Origin: a virus
IMG/VR virus record: IMGVR_UViG_3300017769_000001
Span: 64,001-128,000 of that record
Reading direction: 5' to 3' (one strand)
Length of the DNA stretch: 64,000 nt
Under the pieces are notes generated by a model. It was not told the DNA's origin, did not search any database, and worked only from the letters and a program-made list of their open reading frames with translations. This document shows positions 17,693 to 26,350 of this stretch, piece by piece. How positions within the stretch are numbered: position 1 is the stretch's first letter; every line of letters starts with the position of its first letter. Position numbers and translations under genes: made by a program.

Positions 17693-18133
17693 ATTATACA
17701 GCGTTGGTTCCCGTTGTCAAGTTTCGTTTTAAAGTTTTTTCGGTTTCCCGAAAAATCGAATCTTGATTTTGCCGTTTCAGTCTATCAGACTTGATCTGTC
17801 GTCGTCAATGCTTTTTTTGCCTTTTTGCGCGGTCTGTCGTTTGGATAACATGCCGAAACAGTACCCTATCCTAACCTGCCACCTGATAACTATTATGTAT
17901 TGTCAGGTAGTGCAAAACGACTGGCATTGATAATTTAAGCCTAGTCTAATCGAATGATCTGGCTATGTCAAGATCAAAACGAAACTCAATTTTTAAAGAA
18001 CGGTGCCGTATTGGCATGGCTTCACTTTACTGAAAGCCGTTTCCCTTGTCAAGCGATTTTTTGCTTAACTCCGCTGGCGTTGTTTGCCGCGTTTCCATGG
18101 TTCCCATGATACGGATTTCAAAACGAAAGTCAA
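17693..18133 (-). promoter_or_regulatory. array of five tandem leftward sigma70 promoters
   Basis: TTGACA-16-TATAAT (17720-17693); TTGACG-18-TAGACT (17808-17779); TTGACA-17-TAGACT (17971-17943); TTGACA-17-TAAAGT (18052-18024); TTGACT-16-TATCAT (18133-18106). Confidence 0.8.
17988..18017 (-). promoter_or_regulatory. hairpin + boxA-like site 2
   Basis: TGCC-AATAC-GGCA then CGTTCTTTAAAAATT. Confidence 0.65.
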
Positions 18134-18152
18134 AATTTTTATTTCCCTTTCA

Positions 18153-18193
18153 AATCAACAACTTACAACGATACGTCACGTAACTTATTGATT
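18153..18193. promoter_or_regulatory. two inverted IHF-consensus sites
   Basis: AATCAACAACTTA (18153-18165, +) and AATCAATAAGTTA (18181-18193, -) both fit WATCAANNNNTTR. Confidence 0.65.
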
Positions 18194-18360
18194 TTCTTAG
18201 AAAAAATAATTTTAAAATTTTGCGTTTTTTCTGTCCGGGGTTCTTGCTTCATTTATATGCAAATCGTGGGCGCGATTTTCTCAAAATTTTGTTTGGTGGT
18301 CAAATTAATTTTAGTTAATTTTTGTTAAGTCTTTGTTTTTATTAGGGATTTTCTTTTTCC

Positions 18361-18429
18361 TGTGGGTTATCCACTGGGGTAAATCTTGGTGTGTGGATAA
18401 GTGTGTAACTGTGGAAACCCTGTGTATAA
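18361..18429. promoter_or_regulatory. cluster of DnaA-box-like 9-mers
   Basis: TGTGGATAA 18392-18400 and TGTGTATAA 18421-18429 match TTATNCACA; TTATCCACT 18367-18375 has 1 mismatch; weaker TGTGGAAAC 18410-18418. Confidence 0.65.
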
Positions 18430-18447
18430 GTGTGTTTTCGCGGGGGT

Positions 18448-18490
18448 TTCACACTACACTTCACACTACACTTCACACCACACTTCACAC
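18448..18490. repeat. 12-bp tandem repeat TTCACAC(T/C)ACAC, ~3.6 copies
   Basis: read directly. Confidence 0.9.
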
Positions 18491-18615
18491 GAGAAGATTC
18501 CTCGAATAATCGGCGCTTCGCGCCGACCTCAAATCGTTGCACAGATGTCCTTCATGTGTCAGCAAAATGACGCTTCCTACTAAATAAAGGGTATCAAACT
18601 AATACAAATTTTGCT

Positions 18616-19014
18616 ATGACTGATACGATAAAAGACGAATCACTCAAAGAGCGACTGATCATGGTGGAGCAACAACAAAGCCACCAGAAAGAAGTACTAC
18701 TTGAGATCAACGATACTCTCAGAGAAGTCGTCAAGACTCAGCACGTCTTGGCGAACCAGAGGAAAGATATTGACAGGTTGACGAAAGAGAACGAAGTCAT
18801 TCTCAAAAAGTTTCATGCTGCGGATATCGAGAATGCTGCTAGGAGTTCTCGTGATGAGTATACAACAAAGCTTGTGGAGTCTCTCAATAAAAAGGTAACT
18901 AACGATATCGAACCCCAGCAACAAAAAGTAAAGACTTACTTGAAGATTGCTGGAGTCGTATCTGGTGCTGGCTGGGCTCTTTTCTTGGCTACTTTGAAGT
19001 ATTGGGTTGGTTAG
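18616..19014 (+). CDS. coiled-coil protein with C-terminal TM helix (possible holin-like)
   Basis: late motif CTAAATAA at 18580; hydrophobic C-terminus IAGVVSGAGWALFLATL. Confidence 0.6.
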   Translation: MTDTIKDESLKERLIMVEQQQSHQKEVLLEINDTLREVVKTQHVLANQRKDIDRLTKENEVILKKFHAADIENAARSSRDEYTTKLVESLNKKVTNDIEPQQQKVKTYLKIAGVVSGAGWALFLATLKYWVG

Positions 19015-19017
19015 GGG

Positions 19018-19560
19018 TTAACGCACCCCTAACTGCCTGCGACGTCTCATAGCCTTCTTACGCTTCTTGACAGCACGACGTGTTGCTCCCACATCCCTTC
19101 TACGAGTCCTTGCTGCTTTTCTTGCTCTACGCTTCAAAGCGGTCTTACTCATCCCTGTAGTTCGAACGGCTTGGCGGGATCTTACTTGACGGGATCTTAC
19201 GCGGGAAACCTTACCAGAAGAAGATACTCGGCGTTTCAACTGCTCTTCAAGCTGTTCACACTCAGCTACAAGCAATTCTTCAAACCAACCCGACTCAGAC
19301 ACCAGATCACTGATATCATCGCCGTACGCTTCGCTGAGAGCCTCCTGAACCTCATCTTCACACACTTCGATAGAGAGGTCTTCGTTTACATAATGCCATA
19401 CGACTTCGCCCTCTTCTACGGTGGTCACATAATCAACCACATCGTCAGAAGTTTTTTCAAACTCGACGATGTGGTTTTTGATTTCAGAGTACTTCTCAAT
19501 CTCTACTTGGAAGAGTGGGTCATACTCACTCTCACTATAGAACATAACTTGTTGTGTCAT
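19018..19560 (-). CDS. gp68: prohead core protein gp68-like
   Basis: acidic N-half; VSSSG...TTGMSK...KRKKAMRRRRQLG tail resembles T4 gp68. Confidence 0.75.
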   Translation of the reverse strand: MTQQVMFYSESEYDPLFQVEIEKYSEIKNHIVEFEKTSDDVVDYVTTVEEGEVVWHYVNEDLSIEVCEDEVQEALSEAYGDDISDLVSESGWFEELLVAECEQLEEQLKRRVSSSGKVSRVRSRQVRSRQAVRTTGMSKTALKRRARKAARTRRRDVGATRRAVKKRKKAMRRRRQLGVR

Positions 19561-19593
19561 TTCAAAACATCCACGGCTATGTTCTTTATTTAC

Positions 19594-20820
19594 TCAAGGA
19601 ACAACAACCAATAGAGATTCTGAAGGTCTGGTGCAGCCGGTGTAACGGTATCGCTTCTGATCGATAAAGAAAGACACATCCTCATCATAGAAGATCACAT
19701 TGGGCATACTACTTCCCTGCATCTTATGGCAAGTCAATGCGTACCCGAACGTGAAGTCGTGCAAGTTCCTATCACCGAAGTTCTCTGGAGATCGAACACT
19801 CTCATCCCACATATTGTTGTCGACCCGAACGGTCAGGAGTGGCCCACATTTCTGCATGTCAGCTCCGATTTTCTGGATCTGGAACTGCGATGTCTTGTCA
19901 CCGATATACGAGGTCAGAACTTCAAACAACTCACCGTTATTGATCTTTGATCCTGCTACCACACTATTCGATAGACATACGACCCGATCTCCGGGTTCCG
20001 GATACTCGGAAGTTTTACCAATAGCCGCACGAACGAGCATGTTATACTTCGCTCTCGTTCTGTTTGTGCCACAGATTATGACATCCCAATCTTTCCAGTT
20101 TTCACGGAGCCACTTCATATTGAAGTCTTTCTTTCGAAGTTTCTTCACGTCATCGCCTGCCGACTTGAAGCTCAATCTCCCCGTTGTTCGAATATCCTGA
20201 GCAAACATGTTTATAGACGACCCATCAGCGGTTCTCTTGACTTCTTCCAGAAAGATTATCGGCATGTTGTCAAACAGATGTGCGTACTTCTCACTCTGGT
20301 TCGATATAGCAGTGAAAACACTCTCACCGTCGATACAGTCAAGCTGTTCGTCATCGCCGACAAACAAAACGAACGCACCAGTATCAAGAACCTTTGAGAT
20401 AAGATCAAGCGGCATCATCGATGCTTCTTCAACGATTACGTAATCTCCGATCTCGTCCCGTATAGTCTGTACGTCTTTCTGCTTGAAGTACAGGAGATTG
20501 CCATTGTGATCAAGAACTGGTTCGTAGAACAGGGAATGTGACGTCGAACATGGAACGCCACGATCATTCAAGTTTTCACATGCTCGCCCTGTAAAGGATG
20601 TAACACATCCACGGATTCCGTATCGTGTCTCAGCTATCACCAACTCACTCCACAGAGACGATATGACAGCCGATTTACCAGTTCCTGCATATCCACTGAT
20701 ACACGCAAACTGAGTCTTACTATCGGCGATCCCGCTTCTTCTGAGTACGGTGTGGAGCATTATTGAGTTGTATGCAGTCAAGAATGCCATTTGCTGCATT
20801 TCTGTTAACTTGTTTGTCAT
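19594..20820 (-). CDS. dda: Dda/RecD-like SF1B helicase
   Basis: GYAGTGKS, VEEASM, VGDDEQL, YALTCHKMQGS, YTGCTR motifs. Confidence 0.85.
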   Translation of the reverse strand: MTNKLTEMQQMAFLTAYNSIMLHTVLRRSGIADSKTQFACISGYAGTGKSAVISSLWSELVIAETRYGIRGCVTSFTGRACENLNDRGVPCSTSHSLFYEPVLDHNGNLLYFKQKDVQTIRDEIGDYVIVEEASMMPLDLISKVLDTGAFVLFVGDDEQLDCIDGESVFTAISNQSEKYAHLFDNMPIIFLEEVKRTADGSSINMFAQDIRTTGRLSFKSAGDDVKKLRKKDFNMKWLRENWKDWDVIICGTNRTRAKYNMLVRAAIGKTSEYPEPGDRVVCLSNSVVAGSKINNGELFEVLTSYIGDKTSQFQIQKIGADMQKCGPLLTVRVDNNMWDESVRSPENFGDRNLHDFTFGYALTCHKMQGSSMPNVIFYDEDVSFFIDQKRYRYTGCTRPSESLLVVVP

Positions 20821-20877
20821 TGCTCTCCCCAAGATTCATGACGTATCCGTGCATTATGGCACGTAAAGGAGAAAAAG

Positions 20878-20900
20878 AAAACCCTGCCGAAGCAGGGTTT
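20878..20900 (-). terminator. intrinsic terminator
   Basis: AAACCCTGC-TTCG-GCAGGGTTTT on the minus strand. Confidence 0.8.
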
Positions 20901-20907
20901 GTGTGGG

Positions 20908-21324
20908 TCAGTCTTTTTTCTTCGGTGGTCGACCGGGGCCGCGACGTTTTGGAGCGTCTTCAGAAGATTTGGCTTCAGATTTCTCCGAATCCTCAGAACT
21001 TTCAGGCCCACGAAGAATCGGATCTTCTTCCTTTTCTTTCTTTTCAACCGGTTTGTTGTGAACTTGAATCAGATTCTTGTACACAACCAGTGCGTTTCGA
21101 CCGTTATCCAGCTGGAAGTCCCGCATGGCGGTCAGAAGGTCAACTTCACTTCGGCTGTGCAGGTCTCTCAGCCGATTGTAGTCAACACGAGCAATGCCGT
21201 TCAGAGGAATGTGAACAGTTGCAGACTCGTTGTCACTCAAAACGATAACGCGCTTTTTGCGACGACCGGTTACGGTTTCTACGATGATATCCGTCAGAAA
21301 CGGATTGGGGTTTTTACTAGCCAT
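20908..21324 (-). CDS. late protein with C-terminal AT-hook-like motif
   Basis: late motif upstream, AAGGAG RBS, ends KRRGPGRPPKKKD. Confidence 0.7.
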   Translation of the reverse strand: MASKNPNPFLTDIIVETVTGRRKKRVIVLSDNESATVHIPLNGIARVDYNRLRDLHSRSEVDLLTAMRDFQLDNGRNALVVYKNLIQVHNKPVEKKEKEEDPILRGPESSEDSEKSEAKSSEDAPKRRGPGRPPKKKD

Positions 21325-21359
21325 ATGTGCTCCTTTGATTTGTTGGCTTGAATCTCTAT

Positions 21360-22238
21360 TTAGTTCAGAAATTTAGCATTAAACAGCTTTGTGTACTTTC
21401 CGCTCATACAACCTTCAATCATCTTCATCAGATTATGGTCTCTGGCGTACTTCATTACAGCTCCCTGATTGTACTTACCCGGAATGTAAGAGGAAATCGA
21501 ATTTGAGATCGCATCGCGTACATACTGAGGTTGTTTCGACAGATCGATCAGTAACCGATTCTCAGCGTACCGATCCCCAACCTTGGTTCCATCCTTGTTG
21601 ATGGTCTCCATCAGGTTCAGCCAAGATAGAGAATCACCATAGAATGCTTCCTCCAGCTTGGTCTTCCACACTTTCGGGTATGCGGAATAGATGTTGTCAG
21701 AAGGATCACCGCGAATGCATTTCAGGAATAACTCAAACTCTGCATCGTCACAGGTTCTTTCTACGTTCTGCTGTGGAGAGAACAAAGTAACGCCGTCGAA
21801 TCTGAGAAGCTGAACAAAGTCTTTGTCTGAAGAAATGATGACGACTTCTGTGTCAGGGTCTTTCTCTTGACAGACCATAGCAATGACGTCATCTGCTTCG
21901 GCGTGTTTTACCGACATCGCATAAATTGACGTATGGGTTTCAAGAAACTCTCGCAACATGACAATCGCTTCTTGAACATCCTCATAGTAGATGTCATCAA
22001 TTTCCTTGTTCTTGTAGTCAGAGTAAACCTTCTTCCGCCAGTTTCCCTTCCCTTCGAACGCACACATAACCCCAGTACACTGATACTTCTTGAACATCGC
22101 ATTCATTTCATCAATGAATCTGATGAACAGAATCTGAGGAACATATGCCTCTTTCTTCCGCTTGTTCAGTTTCAGGATATGTCGGGTTTTCCAGAGGACG
22201 TTATTGACGTCCATAACCAGATTACGCTTCGTCGTCAT
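21360..22238 (-). CDS. rnh: T4 RNase H-like 5'-3' exonuclease
   Basis: WRKKVY..YK, EADDVIA, SSDKDFVQL, GDPSDNI motifs. Confidence 0.9.
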   Translation of the reverse strand: MTTKRNLVMDVNNVLWKTRHILKLNKRKKEAYVPQILFIRFIDEMNAMFKKYQCTGVMCAFEGKGNWRKKVYSDYKNKEIDDIYYEDVQEAIVMLREFLETHTSIYAMSVKHAEADDVIAMVCQEKDPDTEVVIISSDKDFVQLLRFDGVTLFSPQQNVERTCDDAEFELFLKCIRGDPSDNIYSAYPKVWKTKLEEAFYGDSLSWLNLMETINKDGTKVGDRYAENRLLIDLSKQPQYVRDAISNSISSYIPGKYNQGAVMKYARDHNLMKMIEGCMSGKYTKLFNAKFLN

Positions 22239-22683
22239 CGCCAGAGCCCTCCATAGCAACACCATCACGTAATGCTTCTTCGAACGTGAATACGAGTTGC
22301 TCCATCCCTTCATTAGCAACAAGCAGTGCCGCGAGGTTGATTGCAAACTCGTTGTCGCGCTTGTTAAATGGAAGGTAACCGTGCTCTACCAGCTTATTGA
22401 CCGTCGAAGACTTCACTTTCGTAACTGGCGTGATGCTGGACAGATCGTCGGAGATCTTCAGAGTGATAGATGTCGACTCTTGGTCTTTCAAGAGATTAGA
22501 CTCCAGCTCTTCGGATTTTTTAATTGCGGAGAGCATATCAGATCTGATAGATTCAACCGCTTCCATGAGTTCTTCGATCTTCTCGTTAGCTTCTACGTTT
22601 TTCTCAAGAAGTTCGGTGCACTCTTGGTCGAGTAATTCATATTTCCTATGAAGTTCCTCATATGTCCGTTTACGTACGAACAT
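22222..22683 (-). CDS. coiled-coil hypothetical protein
   Basis: start set at MFVRKR after GGAGG; TTGACA promoter-like sequence near 22738. Confidence 0.7.
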   Translation of the reverse strand: MFVRKRTYEELHRKYELLDQECTELLEKNVEANEKIEELMEAVESIRSDMLSAIKKSEELESNLLKDQESTSITLKISDDLSSITPVTKVKSSTVNKLVEHGYLPFNKRDNEFAINLAALLVANEGMEQLVFTFEEALRDGVAMEGSGDDDEA

Positions 22684-22747
22684 AACAATGCCTCCAATGT
22701 TATGAAGGTATTTAATCACTTATCATGGCGGCTGTCAATCAGGCAAT

Positions 22748-22774
22748 AAAAAACCCCGCCGAAGCGAGGTTTTT
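22748..22774 (-). terminator. intrinsic terminator after major capsid gene
   Basis: CCTCGC-TTCG-GCGGGG-TTTTTT. Confidence 0.85.
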
Positions 22775-22791
22775 CATCAGTTCCGTATCCG

Positions 22792-24021
22792 TTACGGAGT
22801 AACTGCGTTGCTGAAGCCAAGCTCCAGATTTGCGATTGTAGCACGAGCCAGATGGTCGGCAGAATCGGCAAGATCGGTAGCCGGATCTTCGAAAGCAGTC
22901 AGGGCGTAGCGAGTACGCAGACCCATACCCTTGTCCAGAGTCTCTGGGTTCACAACGATACCAGAGCTTGACAGTGGGATGTAGCTGCTGTAGATCAGCG
23001 GTGCGTCAACTTCAGAGCCTTTACGACCCATGATCACCTGATCACCTTCCATGTGCACGTCAACGTAAACGCTGATATTGCCATCGAAAGTACCTACGTA
23101 CAGGGTTTCAGAAGCGCGGAACGCGTTTGCTTCAGCCGGTACGAAAGTGCTGTTAGAAGCGTTTTTCAGACCAGTCAGAACGCGAGGGGAAACAACCATC
23201 CAAGTTGCACCTGAACGCTTAGTCGCCAGAGCGATGTCAGAAGACATGTCGCTGAACGCGATAGTCATTGCAGACAGTTTCTCACCAGCGTAACGACCGT
23301 CGACGTTAGCGAAGTCCAGAGTACGGACAGAACCAGCCAGACGAGACAGTTCACCGATCAGTTCGCGATCCAGTTCACGACGGATTTCGTCGGACAGAGT
23401 TGCGATCAGTTCGTTTTCCATGCTCAGACCGTCAAGGTTTTGCAGGTCATCGTCAGATTCCAGAGACCAGCGAGCAGACAGCTTGCGGCTCTTGGTTTCG
23501 ACTTGCTTCATGGTCACGTCGAGGCTCATCGGCTTACCACGGTTGCCTTCCAGATATTGAGTCTGAGCAAACGGATCCATGGCGTCGGTTGCGTTATAAT
23601 CGGCTTCGCCGTTCTGAAGCAGTGAGTACTTCTCGTACAGGTTCTGCGCAGATGCTTCGTCGCCAGCTGTTACACTTCCGTTAGTCAGTGCGTCTTCGCT
23701 GTAACGCTTACGCAGGGTACGAATTACACCGCGAGGGCCGGGGATGGTTTGAACACCAACCAGATCCATAGCCAGCAGGTTCGGCATAGTACGACGAATC
23801 AGCGGCATGAAGATTTGGTCATAGCGAGTGATGTCGCCGGTTACTGTTGATCCAGTAGCAGTAGATTCGAAAATCTTTTCCTGCTCCTGCTTACCACTTC
23901 CGCTGATGTTAACAGCGTGGGTGTTGTCCATGAACTTTTCGATCAGCTCACGACGAGATCCTTTCAGACCGTCGAGAAGGCTCTCTTTCAGTTCACTGTA
24001 TTGCATGTTTTCGGTAGTCAT
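22792..24021 (-). CDS. gp23: major capsid protein
   Basis: LIRR.MPNLLA.DLVGVQ...GP, V.TKSRKLSARWS.E, TRYAL motifs; synteny with 22/21/20. Confidence 0.95.
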   Translation of the reverse strand: MTTENMQYSELKESLLDGLKGSRRELIEKFMDNTHAVNISGSGKQEQEKIFESTATGSTVTGDITRYDQIFMPLIRRTMPNLLAMDLVGVQTIPGPRGVIRTLRKRYSEDALTNGSVTAGDEASAQNLYEKYSLLQNGEADYNATDAMDPFAQTQYLEGNRGKPMSLDVTMKQVETKSRKLSARWSLESDDDLQNLDGLSMENELIATLSDEIRRELDRELIGELSRLAGSVRTLDFANVDGRYAGEKLSAMTIAFSDMSSDIALATKRSGATWMVVSPRVLTGLKNASNSTFVPAEANAFRASETLYVGTFDGNISVYVDVHMEGDQVIMGRKGSEVDAPLIYSSYIPLSSSGIVVNPETLDKGMGLRTRYALTAFEDPATDLADSADHLARATIANLELGFSNAVTP

Positions 24022-24071
24022 TTGACAAACTCCTGATTTCTTTCCTGTTATTTATGCTTGAAAAATTTTTA

Positions 24072-24914
24072 TCAATCTTCGACGCCAGCTAGACGACGAG
24101 CATGTTTCAGCCAAGCTTTGGTATTTGGCTTTGCATCGCCATCCTGATCCTGATTTTCAATAACGACGGTTCCTTTCGGAGTTTTGTCGTCGACATTTTC
24201 ATTCAGGTTGTCCTTATCTTTGCCTTCGCCGTCACCTTCGTCGTCGCCGGATCCTTCGCCTTCACTCAGAACGACACTTTTAGCCAGTTCTTCGTATCGT
24301 GATTCCAGCTTATCCAGAGCAACGCCTTCCAGAAGAGTTGCCATGATTGCACGCTTACGGCCAGTCAGACCTTCCAGCAGTTCATTGGTTTTCTTCTCGA
24401 CGCGAAGTGTTTGCAGCTCATTGGTTGCTTCTTCCAGCTTGGCAGTCAGTTCTTCTGACTTGTCGTCTTCAGCTTTAACAAGACTTGCATATGAAGTCTG
24501 GAAAGCTTCAAACATTCGCTGACCAACCAGATTCTTGCGAGATTCTTCCAGAGACTCTTTCAGCTCTCCGAGTTCTTCCGCAATGATGGCATCGACAGAT
24601 TCTTTGATCTCTGCGTCTTTCTTCTGAGCGTACTGCTCTTTGAATTCTTCAAGCTTGGATGCGTAGCGAACATCAAGAGTGCGTGCCTCTACGATTTCGT
24701 CTTGCAGAGCTTTGAATTCTTCGGTAACTGCTTCTTCGATCATTTCGACCGCAGATTGAGCCAGTTCTTTCTTGCTGTTTTCGAATTTCTCAGCAAGTTC
24801 GACTTCACGAGCAGCAACCTTTTCGTTTACTTGTGATTCGAAAGCTTCTTGCAGTTTGGTTTTAACCTCATCTGTAAGAACAGAGCTTTCAAGGATCTCT
24901 TTCAGTTCGTTCAT
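24072..24914 (-). CDS. gp22: prohead scaffolding protein
   Basis: acidic coiled coil between protease and capsid genes. Confidence 0.85.
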   Translation of the reverse strand: MNELKEILESSVLTDEVKTKLQEAFESQVNEKVAAREVELAEKFENSKKELAQSAVEMIEEAVTEEFKALQDEIVEARTLDVRYASKLEEFKEQYAQKKDAEIKESVDAIIAEELGELKESLEESRKNLVGQRMFEAFQTSYASLVKAEDDKSEELTAKLEEATNELQTLRVEKKTNELLEGLTGRKRAIMATLLEGVALDKLESRYEELAKSVVLSEGEGSGDDEGDGEGKDKDNLNENVDDKTPKGTVVIENQDQDGDAKPNTKAWLKHARRLAGVED

Positions 24915-24970
24915 TTCATTTCTCCTGAAATCTTTAACGATAGTTTGAATTTATTTAGGCTCTGCATCAC

Positions 24971-25588
24971 TTAGCGCAGATTCATTGCCTTGATGAATTT
25001 GCACATTTCTTCAAGAAAGTACTTCTGGGCAGCTGCGTCGTAAATTACCGCTTCCGCCAAGTCATTCACGATCTCGCCGCGCTTATAAGCTTCAAGGGAT
25101 TCCATGATGCTTTCGGGATACGCGTTCTGAGCAGAAGGCATCGCAACGGCATCAATAGTCACCAGATGAAAGTTGGAAACGCCGCCAGACTCATTCAGTT
25201 GACCCTTACCACGTGAAGAAACCCCAACACGAACACCAGAGTCGACAAGACCTTTCAGGATTGACCCGGCTTGTGTCTTCTCAAGAATTTCGGCAGTTCC
25301 GATTACTTGGTTGCCCTGCATCTTCAGCTCGGTGATTTTGTGTGAAACGTTCTTCAGGGAAACATCGAGACGGCCACTCGGGTGGTCAAGTTCGCCAAGC
25401 ATGTGATTGCCTTGGGCAAACATTGCGTTATGGCGGTCGACTTCTTTCTGCATTTCTTCCAGAAGGTAAGTTCTGCCGTTTCGGTTTTTCTTCTCGGCTT
25501 CCATGAAGACACCTTTCAGGTAGAGTTTCTTGCCATCTTGGGCAGATTCTGTGATAATGCCTTCTAAGTTTTGTTCGGTGAGAATCAT
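24971..25588 (-). CDS. gp21: prohead protease
   Basis: NRNGRTY, GELDHP, VSHKI, GVSSRG, DAVAMPS motifs. Confidence 0.95.
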   Translation of the reverse strand: MILTEQNLEGIITESAQDGKKLYLKGVFMEAEKKNRNGRTYLLEEMQKEVDRHNAMFAQGNHMLGELDHPSGRLDVSLKNVSHKITELKMQGNQVIGTAEILEKTQAGSILKGLVDSGVRVGVSSRGKGQLNESGGVSNFHLVTIDAVAMPSAQNAYPESIMESLEAYKRGEIVNDLAEAVIYDAAAQKYFLEEMCKFIKAMNLR

Positions 25589-25806
25589 TTGACGATCTCC
25601 TTCATCTGTCCGGACTCGGTGATCTCAAACCGAACATCAGTTCCGGGTTTTTTCGCAATCGGATTGTCGGATTCACCTTCAGTGATTTCCCAATCCATAG
25701 AAGCAAGGTCTTTAACAACTCGCTTCTGTTCTTTTGTCATCTTTAGAGAGCGGATCTCGCTTTCTACGAGTGTGATAAATGACATCATGAATTCCTTCAA
25801 TATCAA
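25585..25806 (-). CDS. small late head-region protein
   Basis: late motif upstream; ATGA overlap with gp21; start uncertain. Confidence 0.6.
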   Translation of the reverse strand: MILKEFMMSFITLVESEIRSLKMTKEQKRVVKDLASMDWEITEGESDNPIAKKPGTDVRFEITESGQMKEIVK

Positions 25807-25823
25807 TGACCTTATTTAGAAAT

Positions 25824-25846
25824 AAAAAAGCCCCTACTTGAGGGGC
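25824..25846 (-). terminator. intrinsic terminator
   Basis: GCCCCT-CAAGT-AGGGGC-TTTTTT. Confidence 0.8.
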
Positions 25847-25870
25847 AAGGAGATGTACACGACTATGAAA

Positions 25871-26323
25871 TTACATCTCAACGAGGTTTCCTTGCGGATC
25901 TACCGTGTAATCAGTCTCATCGCCGTTGTTCTTCTTGACGATCATGTATTCGTATTGACGTGACTTTGCGAGCTTCTTCAGATCAGACATCCGGTTGATC
26001 GTGAATTCATCGACGCCTCTTTTAGGCCCACCAGTTCTCGTAGCGGTAACCTTGATGGCTTCTTCGAGAGCATCGCGATTTCCTTCTTCGGACTCACTGA
26101 CTTCTTCTTCATTGACATTGTCTTCGTCGTCCTTGTCTTCGTCGTCCTTGTCTTCGTCGTCCTTGTCTTCGTCGTCCTTGTCTTCGTCGTCCTCGTCAGT
26201 ACCATACTTTTCTTCGATGGCAGCTTTAGCAGCTTCCTGAATCTTCTGACGGATCGCTTCCCGAAGGGCCGTAACTCCGTCTTCCTTGCTCATACCTTCA
26301 TCAAAAATTTTTTCAATGCTCAT
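25871..26323 (-). CDS. acidic prohead core protein, gp67-like
   Basis: position after portal; long D/E tract. Confidence 0.6.
   Translation of the reverse strand: MSIEKIFDEGMSKEDGVTALREAIRQKIQEAAKAAIEEKYGTDEDDEDKDDEDKDDEDKDDEDKDDEDNVNEEEVSESEEGNRDALEEAIKVTATRTGGPKRGVDEFTINRMSDLKKLAKSRQYEYMIVKKNNGDETDYTVDPQGNLVEM
26118..26192. repeat. 15-bp tandem repeat x5 encoding DDEDK
   Basis: TTGTCTTCGTCGTCC x5. Confidence 0.95.
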
Positions 26324-26350
26324 AGAATTTCTCCAAGCGTTTTGTTCTAT

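Noticed and set aside
18342-18583. Short ORFs on both strands
   Set aside because: Translations of the 12-bp repeat and DnaA-box region; no RBS
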